DNA of 63,705 nt, the filler included, from Rhabdomonas costata (Eukaryota), in assembly GCA_019059605.1 (NCBI GenBank). It is 29 parts of 29 records of this genome, joined end to end, with 100 filler letters (N's around TTAATTAATTAA, not from the genome) between each part and the next. Parts side by side here need not be neighbours in the genome. Positions count along the whole stretch, not along the records: positions 46,234 to 48,323 come from JAHMHO010005677.1; positions 48,424 to 50,520 come from JAHMHO010005678.1; positions 50,621 to 52,715 come from JAHMHO010005679.1; positions 52,816 to 54,912 come from JAHMHO010005681.1; positions 55,013 to 57,109 come from JAHMHO010005682.1; positions 57,210 to 59,306 come from JAHMHO010005683.1; positions 59,407 to 61,505 come from JAHMHO010005684.1; 22 more parts are not named here. One strand, 5' to 3'. The notes beneath the pieces were generated by a model. It saw only the letters and a program-made list of their open reading frames with translations. It ran no database searches and was not told where the DNA came from. This document shows positions 47,502 through 60,500 of this stretch, in pieces. The position numbers and the translations under genes are program-made. How positions within the stretch are numbered: position 1 is the first letter of the stretch; the number at the start of each line of letters is the position of its first letter.

Positions 47502-50500
47502 CTGCGGCAAAAACGAGCAGTGCCGTGCAACCTTTTTCCAACAATATAATATTTCCCGTGTCACATGAAAAGCGAGAGATGAACAAAGTGTCCCAAATAT
47601 CAGATCTGTTCACGGATAATTAAAAAGGAACCTTTGTTCTACATACGGGCATTGTCACTTCATGAGCATTGAAAGCTCAAAAATTCAAGTTACTTTTTGG
47701 GGATGCCATAAAAAATAATGATGATGATGATGTTTCCTAGTGTGCTTGTGACATCAGCTCTAGTTTTTTCGCTTCTCGTTTTGACATGGTGCGGGCCAAA
47801 TCTAAGGCAAACGTCTCAAAAAACACTGCCACCACGCGGTTCGAAAATCGGGCAACGAAGGGAATCTTTCGTCTCCTTCGCCTACCCACGGAACCTCAAA
47901 CAGGTCTCGCCTTCCTCCAAGCTACAAGATGACACCCGGCTCCCTGAGCGGTCTCTTAGCGGCAGCACAAGATCCCGAAGGTGCGTGTCAAAAGGCACAA
48001 CTGATGTGCAATTTTGATAGGCTGACAATCAAGTAAGGTTACAGTTTTCTATAGTACAAGCCACAAACGCCATGGACACGTTGACCAACCCAGGAAATGG
48101 TCAATAATCGTCGCTTGCGATGGTTTCCGACAGCCGTGGCTTCACAGGGAAGGAACCACAAGACATAAAACCAAATTCAAATGCCTCCTTTTATCCTTTG
48201 CTGTGCTTCAACCCTGGGTTTTTCAAGCATTCATTCACACTGTCTGCGCAGGGGGTCAACAAAGCATTTTCAAAAGTCTCCTGTGAACCCTACTCCCGCA
48301 GGACTACTGTTCACCCCCACCCCNNNNNNNNNNNNNNNNNNNNNNNNNNNNNNNNNNNNNNNNNNNNTTAATTAATTAANNNNNNNNNNNNNNNNNNNNN
48401 NNNNNNNNNNNNNNNNNNNNNNNGTTTTTTGTGAATGCTGATTCCAGGGAAAGGGACTTGGCGGTCTTTTTGGAACAAGAAATTTTCAAAAAGAAAACCA
48501 TTGCATGAGCAGCATAAACTAAATCCTTTCTCCTAAGGTAGTTACAACCTTTTTCAGTTGCGTCTAGTGAACATGCGGGACAGACAGTGCGATTCGATTC
48601 CATTTGTGTATGGCAAGAGTCCGACTTGAACGAGACACGACAGGTAGGCGGTTGGCACAGCGACAGATCCCCAATTGCTCGATTTCCTCCGTGCCCAGTC
48701 ATTGGTTGAGGCACCCGATGATGCGTAGAAAATTCAGAAACTGGCCTTGTAGAAAAAAGCCTAGAAAATGCATGCTTCCCAGCTCAGTTCTCCCTCCTCA
48801 GCATCAGTTTGATTAAACTGACGCTGTGAATTCTGGCTGTTTCCCTGCTTGGTATGTCCCTGTCCATTGCATCCGCCAGGGGCAGACGCGGACGAGAGCA
48901 GGTCGAAATCAAAATCTCGAAACCTCAATTGCTGGAAAACGGGTCCCCAACGCCCGTTGGACAAAAGCCTTGCTCAAAGGAAGCTGTGTTCAAACCGCCG
49001 CTATGCCGAGAAAGAATCAGACATCACGGCAAAGGTCTCAGCAGTCCGAAACGCTTGAGCAAAATTAAAAGCGGCAAGAAGGTGCAGGCAAACTACAAAC
49101 AGCAAGAAAAGTCGTACAGAAGGAGCAAACCCAAACAAAAATCCACGCAAAGTTGCTCCAGGAGAGCAAAAAGCAACGCAGAAAGCCCAAACTCTGCGCC
49201 CGACGATCGCAGCCCACAAAAGATTTGGCCTCCAACCGCTTTTGCAGAAAAAGAGCACAAACGAGCCAAGGCGCGGGGCCGAAAAAACCCAGACATCGAC
49301 CGGGACGGCACAGGGCGACACACGGGCCACCGGCGGTACAGACGAGCAAATGCGCCCCGTTGCCGCCCGGTATCAACACAGGGGCCCCTGAAACTAGCGC
49401 ACCCCAAGGCAAGGGTATTCGAGTAGCGGGAATTGGCCGGGGAATACAGGCGGTGTCGGCGTAGTGCCGTTTCGGATCTCCCCGCCCTGGACGACCCGAC
49501 GGCCACCACCCTGAAGATTTTACCACCGGAACAAAGCACCTCGGGATGCAGCGCGAGGGAAAATAGCAGAGGCCGCATCAAATGCAGCGGTTTTAGAGGT
49601 TGCGTTGTCGATGTTGTCAAAAACCAACTCAATTCCACCAACGGGGCGCATAGCACCGCACGCGCCAATGTGAAGGATTGGGGCGGGTGAATTGGGGCAC
49701 ACCGCCTTGGAGGATTTGTGGCGGGGTCACCCAAAGATAACAATCAAATATATAATTTGGTATCAGGAAAAATTAAACCACAGCCTTATTTAGAACGCGC
49801 AAAAATATACAAAAGAAAACCCAATTTTCCGGGGTCTTTCCCCCGTGGTTCCCCTTCTCTCTAGCTCATTTGGGACCGTAAGGGCCTTGGAAAAGACGAC
49901 GCAAAAGGCAACAAAAGCGTTGACCACAAAAGGGTGCACAGCGTAACACAGGGCACAAAGGCTAGGGTTCGGTATTTAGGGCTTTTTGGCCCACGGTCCC
50001 ATGCCGGGGCCGACGGGCAAGCTAAGGCGTGTGTGTGTGTGCGCGCGCGCAAGGGACCGAGGCGCTCAGCCGATGCTAGGTGACCACTCGTGGCATTGCA
50101 CGTGGGCCCGCGGAGGGACTGACTGGGTCCCTTTCACCAGGCGTGGAAGACGACGTCTGTATATGGGTCTTTTTTTATGATCTCAACAAAGTCCAGCAGG
50201 CGAAGCCAGTTGGGCAGCCTAACATCAATGAAAAGGAGGGCAATTCACTGTGGAGCACCATCTTGTGCAAAAACAGCTCTTCCACTTTCCACTTTTGGTG
50301 CCTTTAATTTGTCCGAGCATGGAATCAAGATCACCTGTTTTTGAATCACGGTACGTAGTGGTAAGTACCTGGTTAAAATCTGCCACTGCCGTTTTGATTG
50401 TCGGCAGGTTCGTCCAGTTCAAGTAAATAGACTCCCACTGCTTTATTTTCATCTCCAGTTGTTACATATTACATCGGGGAATATGATTTTGTGCCTTGGC

Positions 50501-52227
50501 AACGCAAGTCCCCCAAAAAANNNNNNNNNNNNNNNNNNNNNNNNNNNNNNNNNNNNNNNNNNNNTTAATTAATTAANNNNNNNNNNNNNNNNNNNNNNNN
50601 NNNNNNNNNNNNNNNNNNNNCCGTAGCCAGGCTGTGCTGCGCAGCCACAAAGCCACAGTGGAGTCCTTGCAGCTGAACTCAGACTGCAGATTGGTGTGTC
50701 TGCAAGAAAGGGAGGAAAGATCAAACTCATCGAGAGAGAGAGAGAGAAGGGGGCAGGCCATCCAGGGAACCTAACCCGTAGCGCGCGAGTTCTTGTTTTT
50801 GGTTGTTGTTTTTGATAACCACTTTGACAAATACTCCAATATCAGAATTCAAATCAGACTAATCAATCGATCGATGCAATCGGTAATCCAGCAGTCCAGG
50901 AGAACGCACATTTTCCTGCTTTGCTTACCACAGGCACACGCACAAACGCCCAACTGCACCCGCAGTGATGTGATGTGGCGCGCGCTGGACCGACGCGTTC
51001 AACGGTGTTTGCCTGGTAATGCGAAGTGAGTCTCAAGTAGGATCATGTGTGCAGGTGTGGCTGTTTAGCCGATGCGTACGTGGAAGACTTGGACTTACAA
51101 GACGTGCGTAGAGGCACCCCACTGCCCTACAGAATGAGAATCGTTTGGTGGTTTAGCAGAGGAGATCGGAGGTTGAACCTGAACGGGCGGGAACGTCGCC
51201 CTCATCCTCGGGGGACCTTGCCCCACCTTTGCGGAGCAAGGGGTTGGCCAGCCAGGAGGGCAGGGGCTTGCGGCGAGCCTGGCGCTTCTGCGCCAGCGCC
51301 TTTTTCAGTTTTACTACAGAGCTCTTTTTCTTCGACGACACATGTTCTGCCATCCGCAGCAGCACCTCCCGGCGAACAATTAGCGAGAGAGAAGGAGGAA
51401 AGTAGATCACACCACCATACACGGTGCAGTGCCACGCAAAGGCTCTGCTCCGTGCTCCACCGATAAGTTAAGACAAAGGCGCTGTGCACGCGAGGGAAGG
51501 CCTCATAATCTACCTCAACATGTAACATGTGGCGAATGTTGGGAGATGGAGTCAGCCTTTCGAAGGAAAGACGTGCCATTTTCAATTTAATGGGCTGAAT
51601 TCTGACGAGCATGATTCACTCCCTCTTACAGGGCTTTCTTCAACCCGCACAACGGGACAGCGGCAGCAGTCCAATATAACGCTTCGCAGGGGGTTAGAGG
51701 GCGATATATGTGTCCCTGGAACCATAGTTGTCTTCTCTGTGTTGATAAAAAGGGTTCGCTCATCATCGTGGCGAGGGAAAGTTCACGTGCCAACCGCAAC
51801 TTCTAACGAGGAATGCAGTGCATATAAAAGTCGTCTGACAAACTCGTCCTGCCCAGCGACAAGTCCTTTAGTCTACAAAGCCGAAGAACGCCCCCCCAAA
51901 AAAACATCAATTGTCATGCATGTCATTCAATGCATTGATTGAGGGGCAATAAAGGTAATGTCGCCACGTGACCGGAGCGTTGCCTATAAAACGGACCAGT
52001 TGTAACTGTTCGCTGCAGTTGTTAAGGAAAAGAATTTTTCTGTAAAAGCAAATCGGAAGTGTTACGTTGCCACCAGGGCGCTGGAATTTGCAAAAGGGAT
52101 CGTGGTAACCAATCACTAGGCGCTCACCACACATACGGACTTTGCCCACTCGGCAGCGGGTGGATTTTTTTGGGGGGGCCTTTCCCTCGATCCAAGGGGG
52201 CTATAATGGGCACATCGGGCCTCACCT

Positions 52228-52715
52228 CCTCTTGGGCCGTTCCTGCGATGATGAGCTTTGGACCCTTGCTCCTGTTGCAGACACCCATCCGAGTGCTGCA
52301 TTGAACTGAACTCACATCGAGGAGATCAACGTGGAGCGAAGTGGCCTGCTGGGTGGAGCAGACTGCGAAGGCAACATCGGTATTCACACTTGCCGTTCTC
52401 TAATCAGCGCTCCCAGTGAACGCAAAATCACCTTTGCAGGCGTATAATCTCCGAGACGTAGTTCTCGCCGTACAACACAACAGCGGGAATTTCCGGGTGC
52501 CCGGAAACCTCTTCAGCGGCGGAAACGGAACCATTCAAAGAGGTGTAGCCCCGCTCCATCTCAATTTCGAGCTGCAATTCACCCGCAGCGGCGGCGGTGG
52601 CCACCACACCGGCAGGCCCGGAAGCAGTGTCTTCGAAAATAAGTGCCACCTTCCGCGCTCCAAGCTGGTTGCGAATGTGGCGGCATATCACATACGCCTC
52701 ATCCAAGGCACAACC
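52228..52715 (-). CDS. Exons of a protein with a probable type-1 periplasmic-binding (Venus flytrap) domain; receptor-like
   Basis: DEAYVICRHIRNQLGARKVALIFEDTASG resembles the LivK-type pattern E...+..++...LG.++VA+++.D...G. A second probable exon spans ~52390-52228. Confidence 0.55.
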
Positions 52716-52815
52716 NNNNNNNNNNNNNNNNNNNNNNNNNNNNNNNNNNNNNNNNNNNNTTAATTAATTAANNNNNNNNNNNNNNNNNNNNNNNNNNNNN
52801 NNNNNNNNNNNNNNN

Positions 52816-53211
52816 GTGTTGGGTGTGGTTGGTGGGGGTGGTAAGAAAGGGGCTGATGAGGGAGGAGTGAGGGAGGAGAAGGCGCTGAAGAATCGTTGCC
52901 CGAAGAACAACAGTACCAGTGCGAGGAAGAAGAACAGGGCTGTGCCCAAGCTCAGCCGTGGCAAAAAAGCAGCCCACCGCTCGAAGCAATTCAAAGCTTC
53001 GAAGGTTGGGGTTGAGTCTCCTCGGTCTGTAGAAGTCAGGGTGGAGCCACTGGAGGACGACATCATGAAGCAGAAACCCCTGAAGCGCTCAAAAAGGCAG
53101 AAAGTTGGTCGTGGTGCTTCGAAGGGAAAGCACCAGAAGAATGGTGGGGGGAACATTGCGTTGGTTGACGTTCGTGATGATGACAAAGACGATGGCTGGG
53201 TCAGCACTTGA
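52816..53211 (+). CDS. Terminal exon of a Lys-rich low-complexity protein
   Basis: Open frame from the contig start to DDDKDDGWVST and a stop; K/R-rich. Confidence 0.5.
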   Translation: MLGVVGGGGKKGADEGGVREEKALKNRCPKNNSTSARKKNRAVPKLSRGKKAAHRSKQFKASKVGVESPRSVEVRVEPLEDDIMKQKPLKRSKRQKVGRGASKGKHQKNGGGNIALVDVRDDDKDDGWVST

Positions 53212-54529
53212 TCCACTGCCTGAGTTCGAAGTGAAGTGATGTGTAGTCAAGCCAGGCACAAACTGTCTCCAGAGGCTTTTTATGGGGTGCGGGCACAGGA
53301 ACGCTCACCGCCCATTTTTTTTTGGCTTCCCACAACCGACTTGAGGACAGGTTCGTGTTTATATCCCACAGTCTGTTACCGAAACGCAGCTCAAGTTTAA
53401 GGCGTCCCTGTTTAAACTTTGGCCTAAAAGATGGTGAGCTGATCTAAGGCGCGTGTCAGTATATTGTCTGCTGTATGAATTGGGCTTTTTCAGGCTCCTG
53501 TTGACTCTACTTTTTGTTTTTTGTGGGTTTCATCCAAAGCGTGTTACGCAGCCGGGATGGAGCAGGTGTATGTGCAAGTGGTGTTCGTGTCGATCTTGTG
53601 ATGGGCTGCAGGGATCTCTTCTTGTCTCCGCTTCAGATTTTCTTTGGTTCGGGTTTGGGATCCTCTCCATTTTCCCATTAAAAATTGTCTCTTTCATCGC
53701 ATTCGTGTTTAGTTTGACAACTGCTCTGAACCCCAATACTTCTGCTACTACACCCAATTCCCCTCCGCCACCAAAGCGCTACGTAGCCCCTGTTAGAACC
53801 GACGGGGGGATTCGGCTGTTGCACTCGTGCCTGTGCATGACCAGCTGTTGGGAGAAATTAGCACGCACGCACCCCAGTGATGAGAACCAAATTGAAGGAA
53901 TTGCATTCACAGTTTTTCTCCTTCCGGTGTCTTCAGATTGCCTCGGAACGCCATCACTCTCATCGCTCCAGCCCTCACTACTCCGCAGAAACACGAGTAC
54001 TACCCCATGGCCGGCGCTCGCGGCTACGGTCACTGGGGTCGGCCCTCTTCAAGCCGGTGCCGTCTTGTTTGCGTGCTTGCGCGTTTGGTGGCACTTCCTG
54101 CTTTATATGCTGTGAACCCCGAGGTTTCACCCACCTTTTCGTGCAAGGTTTTTTGTGGCAAAACGCGAACACTTTTTTTTTGCCTTTATACAGGTTTTTG
54201 GAGCAATAGACTGATACTTCCGGATATAATCACCAAGCTGGATGGATATGCAAACAAGGTTGATAACAACATTTGGAAATGCTCACTGAACTGTGGTGAC
54301 GCAGTGCCGTGGTTTGGAAATGCTTATTTCACATCAAGGGCAAGATGTGGACCGTATGAATGATAAAGACAGTGCTGAAATGCAGTTTAAGTTGAAATGA
54401 GGCCTTTCACCTGCCTCTTTTTGTGTTGGTGTTGTTTCTCGTTGTTCCTTCCTTCCTTCCCATTCCCATTGAAGCCAAGGCTGTCGGCAAAATAACAAGC
54501 CATTGTGTATTGAACATATCCTGGGTGGA

Positions 54530-54729
54530 TGTAACAACAAACGTGTCCGTGCTGCAGTCTGTGCTGGTGCTGCTTTCGGTACTGGCCCTGGTGTGGATTC
54601 TGGTGTACGCCGTGGTCCTGCGGCAGAGAAGGGCGCTGCCACAGGCCCCACTGCCGCGGCTGGGGCTGCTTTTCCTGACCAAAGCGGACCACAACCAGCC
54701 CGAGCTGTGGGAGAAGTTTTTGAGCGGAG
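54530..54729 (+). CDS. Core-2/I-branching (GT14-like, DUF266) glycosyltransferase, TM anchor and domain start
   Basis: TM helix, then PRLGLLFLTKADHNQPELWEKFLSG, matching K+AFLFLT.......LWE.FF. GT donor at 54730; 5' boundary uncertain. Confidence 0.7.
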
Positions 54730-55446
54730 GTTTGAGGAGCTTTGTGTCTCCTTCTTTGGATCAGCATGGACACGCGCTAAACAAATTGGCCGTTGGCGGA
54801 ATGGGGGCGCTACCGATGTGCCCACAAATACCGATTTCCTCATAGTGCCCACGCAACACCACGAAACACGGAACAAAGCCTTAGCAGCAACATTCCTGCT
54901 CTCACCAAAACCNNNNNNNNNNNNNNNNNNNNNNNNNNNNNNNNNNNNNNNNNNNNTTAATTAATTAANNNNNNNNNNNNNNNNNNNNNNNNNNNNNNNN
55001 NNNNNNNNNNNNTGTGGTTGGGCAGCAGGTCCCAAACACACCCATTCCCCTCACCATCTTAGTGTGGGTTGCACAGCGGGTTGTGCACAACTGCGTTTGG
55101 TTCAGCGCAGTTCTGGAAGCAGGCTTTTTATGGTGCGTGTGGAAAAAAGTGAAGAAAAGGTTGAGCGGATTGTACTGGATCTGGAAAGAGAGTCTTGTGC
55201 GAAAATGATGGAAAGCGAAGGAAGCTGATCTGTAAAGAAAGAAATGCACGTGAACGGCATGAACGGACTCAGGTTCCCAACACCGCAGGATGCCTTCTCG
55301 CAGAGACTTGATCGCCGTGAGGGGGGGGGTGTTGTGGGGGCATAGTCTTACAAAACCCTGGTATAGGGTCAACCCAACGTAAAACCAAAACTGCAAACCC
55401 CTAATGTCGGGTGCCTCCCAAGGCCTGCATGCCCTTCTCACCACAG

Positions 55447-56105
55447 ATGCGGGCCAGTGGTGGCGGTGAAGATCTGCGGAGATCAGGGTCAGACCACGCG
55501 GTACTGCTTCATTGAGTTCGAAACTCTTGCTGCTGCACAGGTCAGATTTGCGATGTTTTTTGCCGGGCATACGGGTTTTTTGTTTGTGGGGGGTTCGAGT
55601 AAAGCCCTGTTTTCACCATTCAAATTCCAATTAAAAGATATGCCCATGCGAAGGCTCAAAAATCAACGCAAATCATGGTCCTATAATTGTGGGCTTCCGG
55701 GAATATCCGCTGTCCGTTATCGCTTTTCCGTAAAGTTCTTTGAGTGCGATCCTCCGCCGATTCCGCCCGCGGCGGCTAGAATGCTGCAACCAGGTGAGGC
55801 GTCACTTTTTCAAGACTTCGTGCAGATTTTTTTGAGTGCGCACACACGCTCCGGCAGATCTGTAAGGGCCTCGCGGGCTCGCAGCTGGGGTCGTTCACGT
55901 TCAAGGTGGCAGACTCCAAGGTGACGCTGTCCAAACCCATCCCTGTGACCCCCATGCTGGGGCCTGACGGCAACCCTAGCCGCACCGTGCACGTGGGCAA
56001 CTTGGACCTCTCCGTTACCGAGGCAGACCTGAAGCAGTTCTTCGAGGCCTGCGGTACCGTTACCCACGTCTACATTGTGAAGAACGAGGCCCACCAAGTT
56101 GTCAG
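55447..56105 (+). CDS. Two-RRM RNA-binding protein, plant CID8-13-like, partial; exons 55447-55540 and 55858 to ~56105
   Basis: CGPVVAVKICGDQGQTTRYCFIEFE...|ICKGLAGSQLGSFTFKVADSK...RTVHVGNLDLSVTEADLKQFFEACGTV, with RNP1 and RNP2 motifs. Confidence 0.85.
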
Positions 56106-58888
56106 GCGTGTGAATCCCCCTCCCCCGCCACCGGCGGGCGCCCCCACGGCAATCTTCGGAAGGCCGCCTTCAGACCCCTCCGAAGGAACACCCCGCTGCA
56201 TATTTCGGAAGAATCCAATATGACGCAGACAGGAGACAAGAGCCCCGCGTACAAACCACATCTTTCAGATTTCAGTGCAAAAGGTAGCGCACAAAATCCA
56301 CTGCCACCCACTTGCCGTTTTGTCTTGAACGTACCTTGGTTTTTTTCAACGTACCCTCGCACCTCGTACCTTGCACTTGTTGCCTTGGTTTCGTTTCCAC
56401 TGAACGGTCGGAGCTTACTCCCGAACCACAGCGAACTAGTTCTACTGGTTTGCTTTTTGAAGTGGCTTCCAAATTTAAGTAGATGCGGAATGTCGCAACA
56501 GCAAAAAGAAGGGCGGAGGGGTTCTCACATGCAAGCTGTTTCACCCTTTCCTTTTCCCTTTCTTGTATACACACCTCTGCAGTTGGGCGGGTCCGCAGCC
56601 ACGGTGGAAGCTTCTCCCGGTACCTCCGCTCGCCTTCGACCTCACGTTGCAGCTCGCGCTTCCTATGTATGCCCCCCCCCATACTCGTCTAAGTGGGCAA
56701 TACCGAAGAAAGGAACAGTTTTCGTCACAAGCAGAACTGATGAAAGTGGGCAGAAGGATGCAACGCTACAACCGCGTTCCAAGGGCCTGCCACTAAAACC
56801 TGCAGCACTGCAACACTGTATATCTGCACAGTGAAAAGTAGTGTCTGACACGGAACTGGGATCAGGACCAGTGATCACCTCGATCAACAATGCGGCTGGG
56901 AACAAACGCAGAGTATGAACGCAAACCGCCTCGCTTCCGCCTCGTCCTCAAGCTCGACGACAATGTCCAGCCGACTGGGCTGAAAATAATAGAAAGGAGG
57001 AGATAGAAAGGAGGAGAGGTGAAATAATGGAAAGGAGTGCAGAAAGAGCAGGTACATCCGCAACTTCGTCATCTTCGTCATCTCTAGGAATTAACGAGAA
57101 AAACCCCACNNNNNNNNNNNNNNNNNNNNNNNNNNNNNNNNNNNNNNNNNNNNTTAATTAATTAANNNNNNNNNNNNNNNNNNNNNNNNNNNNNNNNNNN
57201 NNNNNNNNNTGTGCTTGGGTTTGTTTGTGTGGGAGAAAAGATAGTCTGGTTAAGAGGTTTTGCAGATTTCGAGAAGGGGAGGCATGACGACGGATACAGC
57301 TTTCGCACCGTCATATTCGGAAGGTGCACGTGTGCAATGATGTGTGCCATAATGTGCCATGACGACGGTAATTTTGAAGGTGCTCCTCAGCAGAAACTGG
57401 AGGGCACAGTATAGGACATCCAGGGTCACGGGCCCACTGGTGAGTTTGAGGAGGACTCGTTATGTTTCCACCGACCTCCGGCAGGGTTTGTACAGCCTCG
57501 AATGCTGCATAAACGTTAAATGAGGTCCTTAGCATACGTTTTTCCATTCCGCCAAGAATTTGGGGCTTAATCGTAAATCTCAAAAAATTCCGCTCGATAT
57601 TTCCTCGCGTTCAGTGACCTCCAAGAATCCTCCTCTGAGGTAGCTTTCAAAAAATCAGCCATTATCGTACAGACGTCACAAATCGCATCAGCGATAGGGT
57701 GTTGGACACACATGCGTGGTGTTGGTCTAAGAAAAGCAAGAAAAAATGCAGCCAAGGTGAGGAACATAAGTGCTTGACCGTCCTCACTGGGGCGGAAACA
57801 TCGCCCCAGACGCCCCACAGCAGCTCCTGGGGGTGTGGCTGAGGGTTTCAAAAAGCGAGCACGACCATTCCAGCGACCCAGCAGCACTCTTGGACGATGC
57901 AGCAGTCGTGGGCGTGACGGGCCATGCAGCGGAGCTCGAGTCCTGTTTTAGTTTCGGGAGCAGGGGGACAGTTTCAAGCACCGGAGTCAGTTAGTTAAAC
58001 GGCTTCTTCCAACTCTCCCCATCACAAGGATGACACACGATGAAGCAACTGATCATCACCCATGGGGCTCAGCTGTTCAATAAGTCTTATTCTGCCTTTT
58101 CACCACAAGGATAAAAAATGCAAACTAGGCCTCTTTCTCAGGAACTGGCTTTCGACCTAGAAGAAAAGAAACTGCCTTTCGCACAGGCCTCATAAATGTA
58201 TGGTGAGGATGCTGCAGAGATGAAAGGACTGCAGTCCGAAGGGCCAGAAATCAGGCAGAAGGAAAGGCAGCCCAACAAACCTCGCCGTAGACCATGGTGG
58301 TGGAAGCGGCCGCAACCTGGGAGTACGCGTTCTGCCGGCGGAGCTGATCACCCACGTTCTCGCCCGAGCAACGGAGAAAGGATCGTTTCTAGGCAGAAGT
58401 AAAAAACACATACACCCAAAAAAACAATATTTCTTGGCGGTGTCAATAACGCACCTGGAATTTTTCAAAACGCGATTCAGCATGAAGCAACTCTGCTCCG
58501 ATATCAGCACCAAAGGCAAATGCAAGATCACCAACAAAAACGAGGAAGTCGATTGGAGAAAGAAGCAAACAAAAGAATCATAGAATGCCATTATAGAACA
58601 TTCACCGCTACAACCTTTCGGAGAAAGGACAGCGAAGTAGGTGTCGTCGGGGTGGTGGTGCAGAGTCCAAGTTGGCTGCTGTCCTCGTCGAAGCCAAATT
58701 GGGACTGAGAAGGGCTGGCATCCACCTGTTTGCAGGGAAGAGGAACCCAACAATTTTACTTACTGTTTCGGCCACCTTCGGTTTTGTTCACTTCCACATG
58801 CATTTACAGTATATGCAGGTACCAACGTAATTAGTGTTGCAAGTGCGAAAAATGCTGCTCCAATGCCCCCCCCGCTTTCGTCCCGAAC

Positions 58889-59170
58889 CTGAGTCTGAGA
58901 CTGCTCCCATCGGAGGGACAACAGCTGCCGCTCCTCTTCCATATCCACCTCTGGCTCTGGCTCTGGCTCTGGCTCTGGCTCTCCGTCGCTGCACGATGAG
59001 CTGCTGGCGCTGCTCTCTCCGTCTTCGCCTTTGTCTACACCGCTCTCGCTTTTCTCCAACTCATCGCCCTCCGCGTCACTGTCGTCCTGGGCCTCTCCCT
59101 CGCTGCCCTCATTGTCCCCGTCCTCGTGGACTTCTTCTTCATTCTGATCGGGTTCGTGACTGCGTTGCAC
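58889..59170 (-). CDS. Acidic low-complexity exon with an (EP)5 repeat, unidentified protein
   Basis: D/E-rich frame ending ERQLLSLRWEQSQTQ|gt; (CTGGCT)n on the + strand at ~58951-58980. Confidence 0.55.
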
Positions 59171-59406
59171 GGGGGGCGCTTCCTGCTCAGCAGTCGCGAA
59201 AGGAGCAGGGCTTTGCTCACGTAGTGGGAGCGCCGAGGTACCGCCTTGCTCCTATGACCAGAAAAACCAACGAAAAGAATTAATGACACACCCGAGCAAA
59301 CAAAAANNNNNNNNNNNNNNNNNNNNNNNNNNNNNNNNNNNNNNNNNNNNTTAATTAATTAANNNNNNNNNNNNNNNNNNNNNNNNNNNNNNNNNNNNNN
59401 NNNNNN

Positions 59407-60500
59407 TAATGTGGTTGAATCCAGAGTTCCACATGATCATGCCGTTACGTGGATAAAAGGCAGAGGAGCGGTGTACACAGGGAGTACTTCGAATTATCTG
59501 TGTGCGAATTGGGACTTGCCACCGTTTTGGTTTGGTAAGAACTTCAGTAACCCCAGGCAATGGTGGACTTTTGAGCAGTTTGTTTCTCTTGACGACGTGC
59601 GAAACACTTCCTGGCCAGAACCGAGTTTGACGACCCATACATATTGATTAACGAGGTGGGTCGGAGTTGTTGTTGGTATGCAGAGAACAACGTTCACCAT
59701 TATTATAAAGTGCTGGAGAAGCGGGTGCGACGTTTGGGCAAGCTTTGCAGAGATTGGAGTCGACTGTGCTGACGATGAAGTCGGATAAGTTAATGGTTAA
59801 TGGGAATCCAGAGGAGGCGGAGTTACTGAGCAAATATTTCGAGTTGGTAGGACTTCCAGACCATCCACCGATAGTTGCGTTCCCCAGAGTAATAGTGAAG
59901 CACCCAGATGCTTTGTCTCAGAGATCCAGAGCAAAGTGTTGCATCCGTTCAAGTTTGTTGTGAGGACTACAAACCCATGTCACTTGGTACAGCATGTGGG
60001 GAATTCACGTTTCCAGAGTGAGGAAAAGGTGGACCACTGTGCCGTGGTCGAGTGCTTGTATTACTCAGTGTGTGGGTTGCCAAGTTCCACAGTGGGAAGT
60101 TTCACAAATGACCGGTACCCGACGTTTATCAGACACTTTGCCCTTGACGAGAAGAGGTCCATTCCACAGAAACCAGTGAGTGGAGAGGACTTGCTGAGCA
60201 AGTACCGTACATATTTTGCACCACCACCTGGGATCCTTTCCAAAGATAAAGTTGATCACAGCCCAGGTTTTGTGACTTTTGCAGATATGTGCAATGTGGG
60301 TTGTGATTCCAGATGTGTGTGCGGTAGCGTGGTGTTTGGGTATGTGGCGTTTTTCCGTAACGTGTTGCGTGATGTGGTGTCTTTCCGGAGCGTGTTGCAA
60401 AGTGGGTGGAAGAAGTTCTGGTGCAAAGATCTCCTAGTGAACGAGTTTATACAGGTGATATTCCACAGTTTTTCAGAGCTGGACCTTCATCGGTGATCGG
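59407..60500 (+). mobile_element. Decayed intronless coding region of an unclassified repeated element; contains copy B (59676-59818) of the dispersed repeat
   Basis: A chain of frameshifted ORFs without splice signals, homologous to 20091-20234 on another contig. Confidence 0.5.

Noticed and set aside
48854..49743. Long overlapping ORFs on both strands
   Set aside because: There are no recognisable motifs, splice signals or exon-like codon bias; they are probably a compositional by-product.
50027..50050. (GT)n(GC)n Z-DNA-prone tract, also at ~43314-43325
   Set aside because: This is a common intronic microsatellite type in this sequence, with no evidence of function.
57311..58000. Possible TE coding remnant, and a similar one at 50225-50452
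   Set aside because: The frames are broken and have no diagnostic motif, so I cannot support a call.
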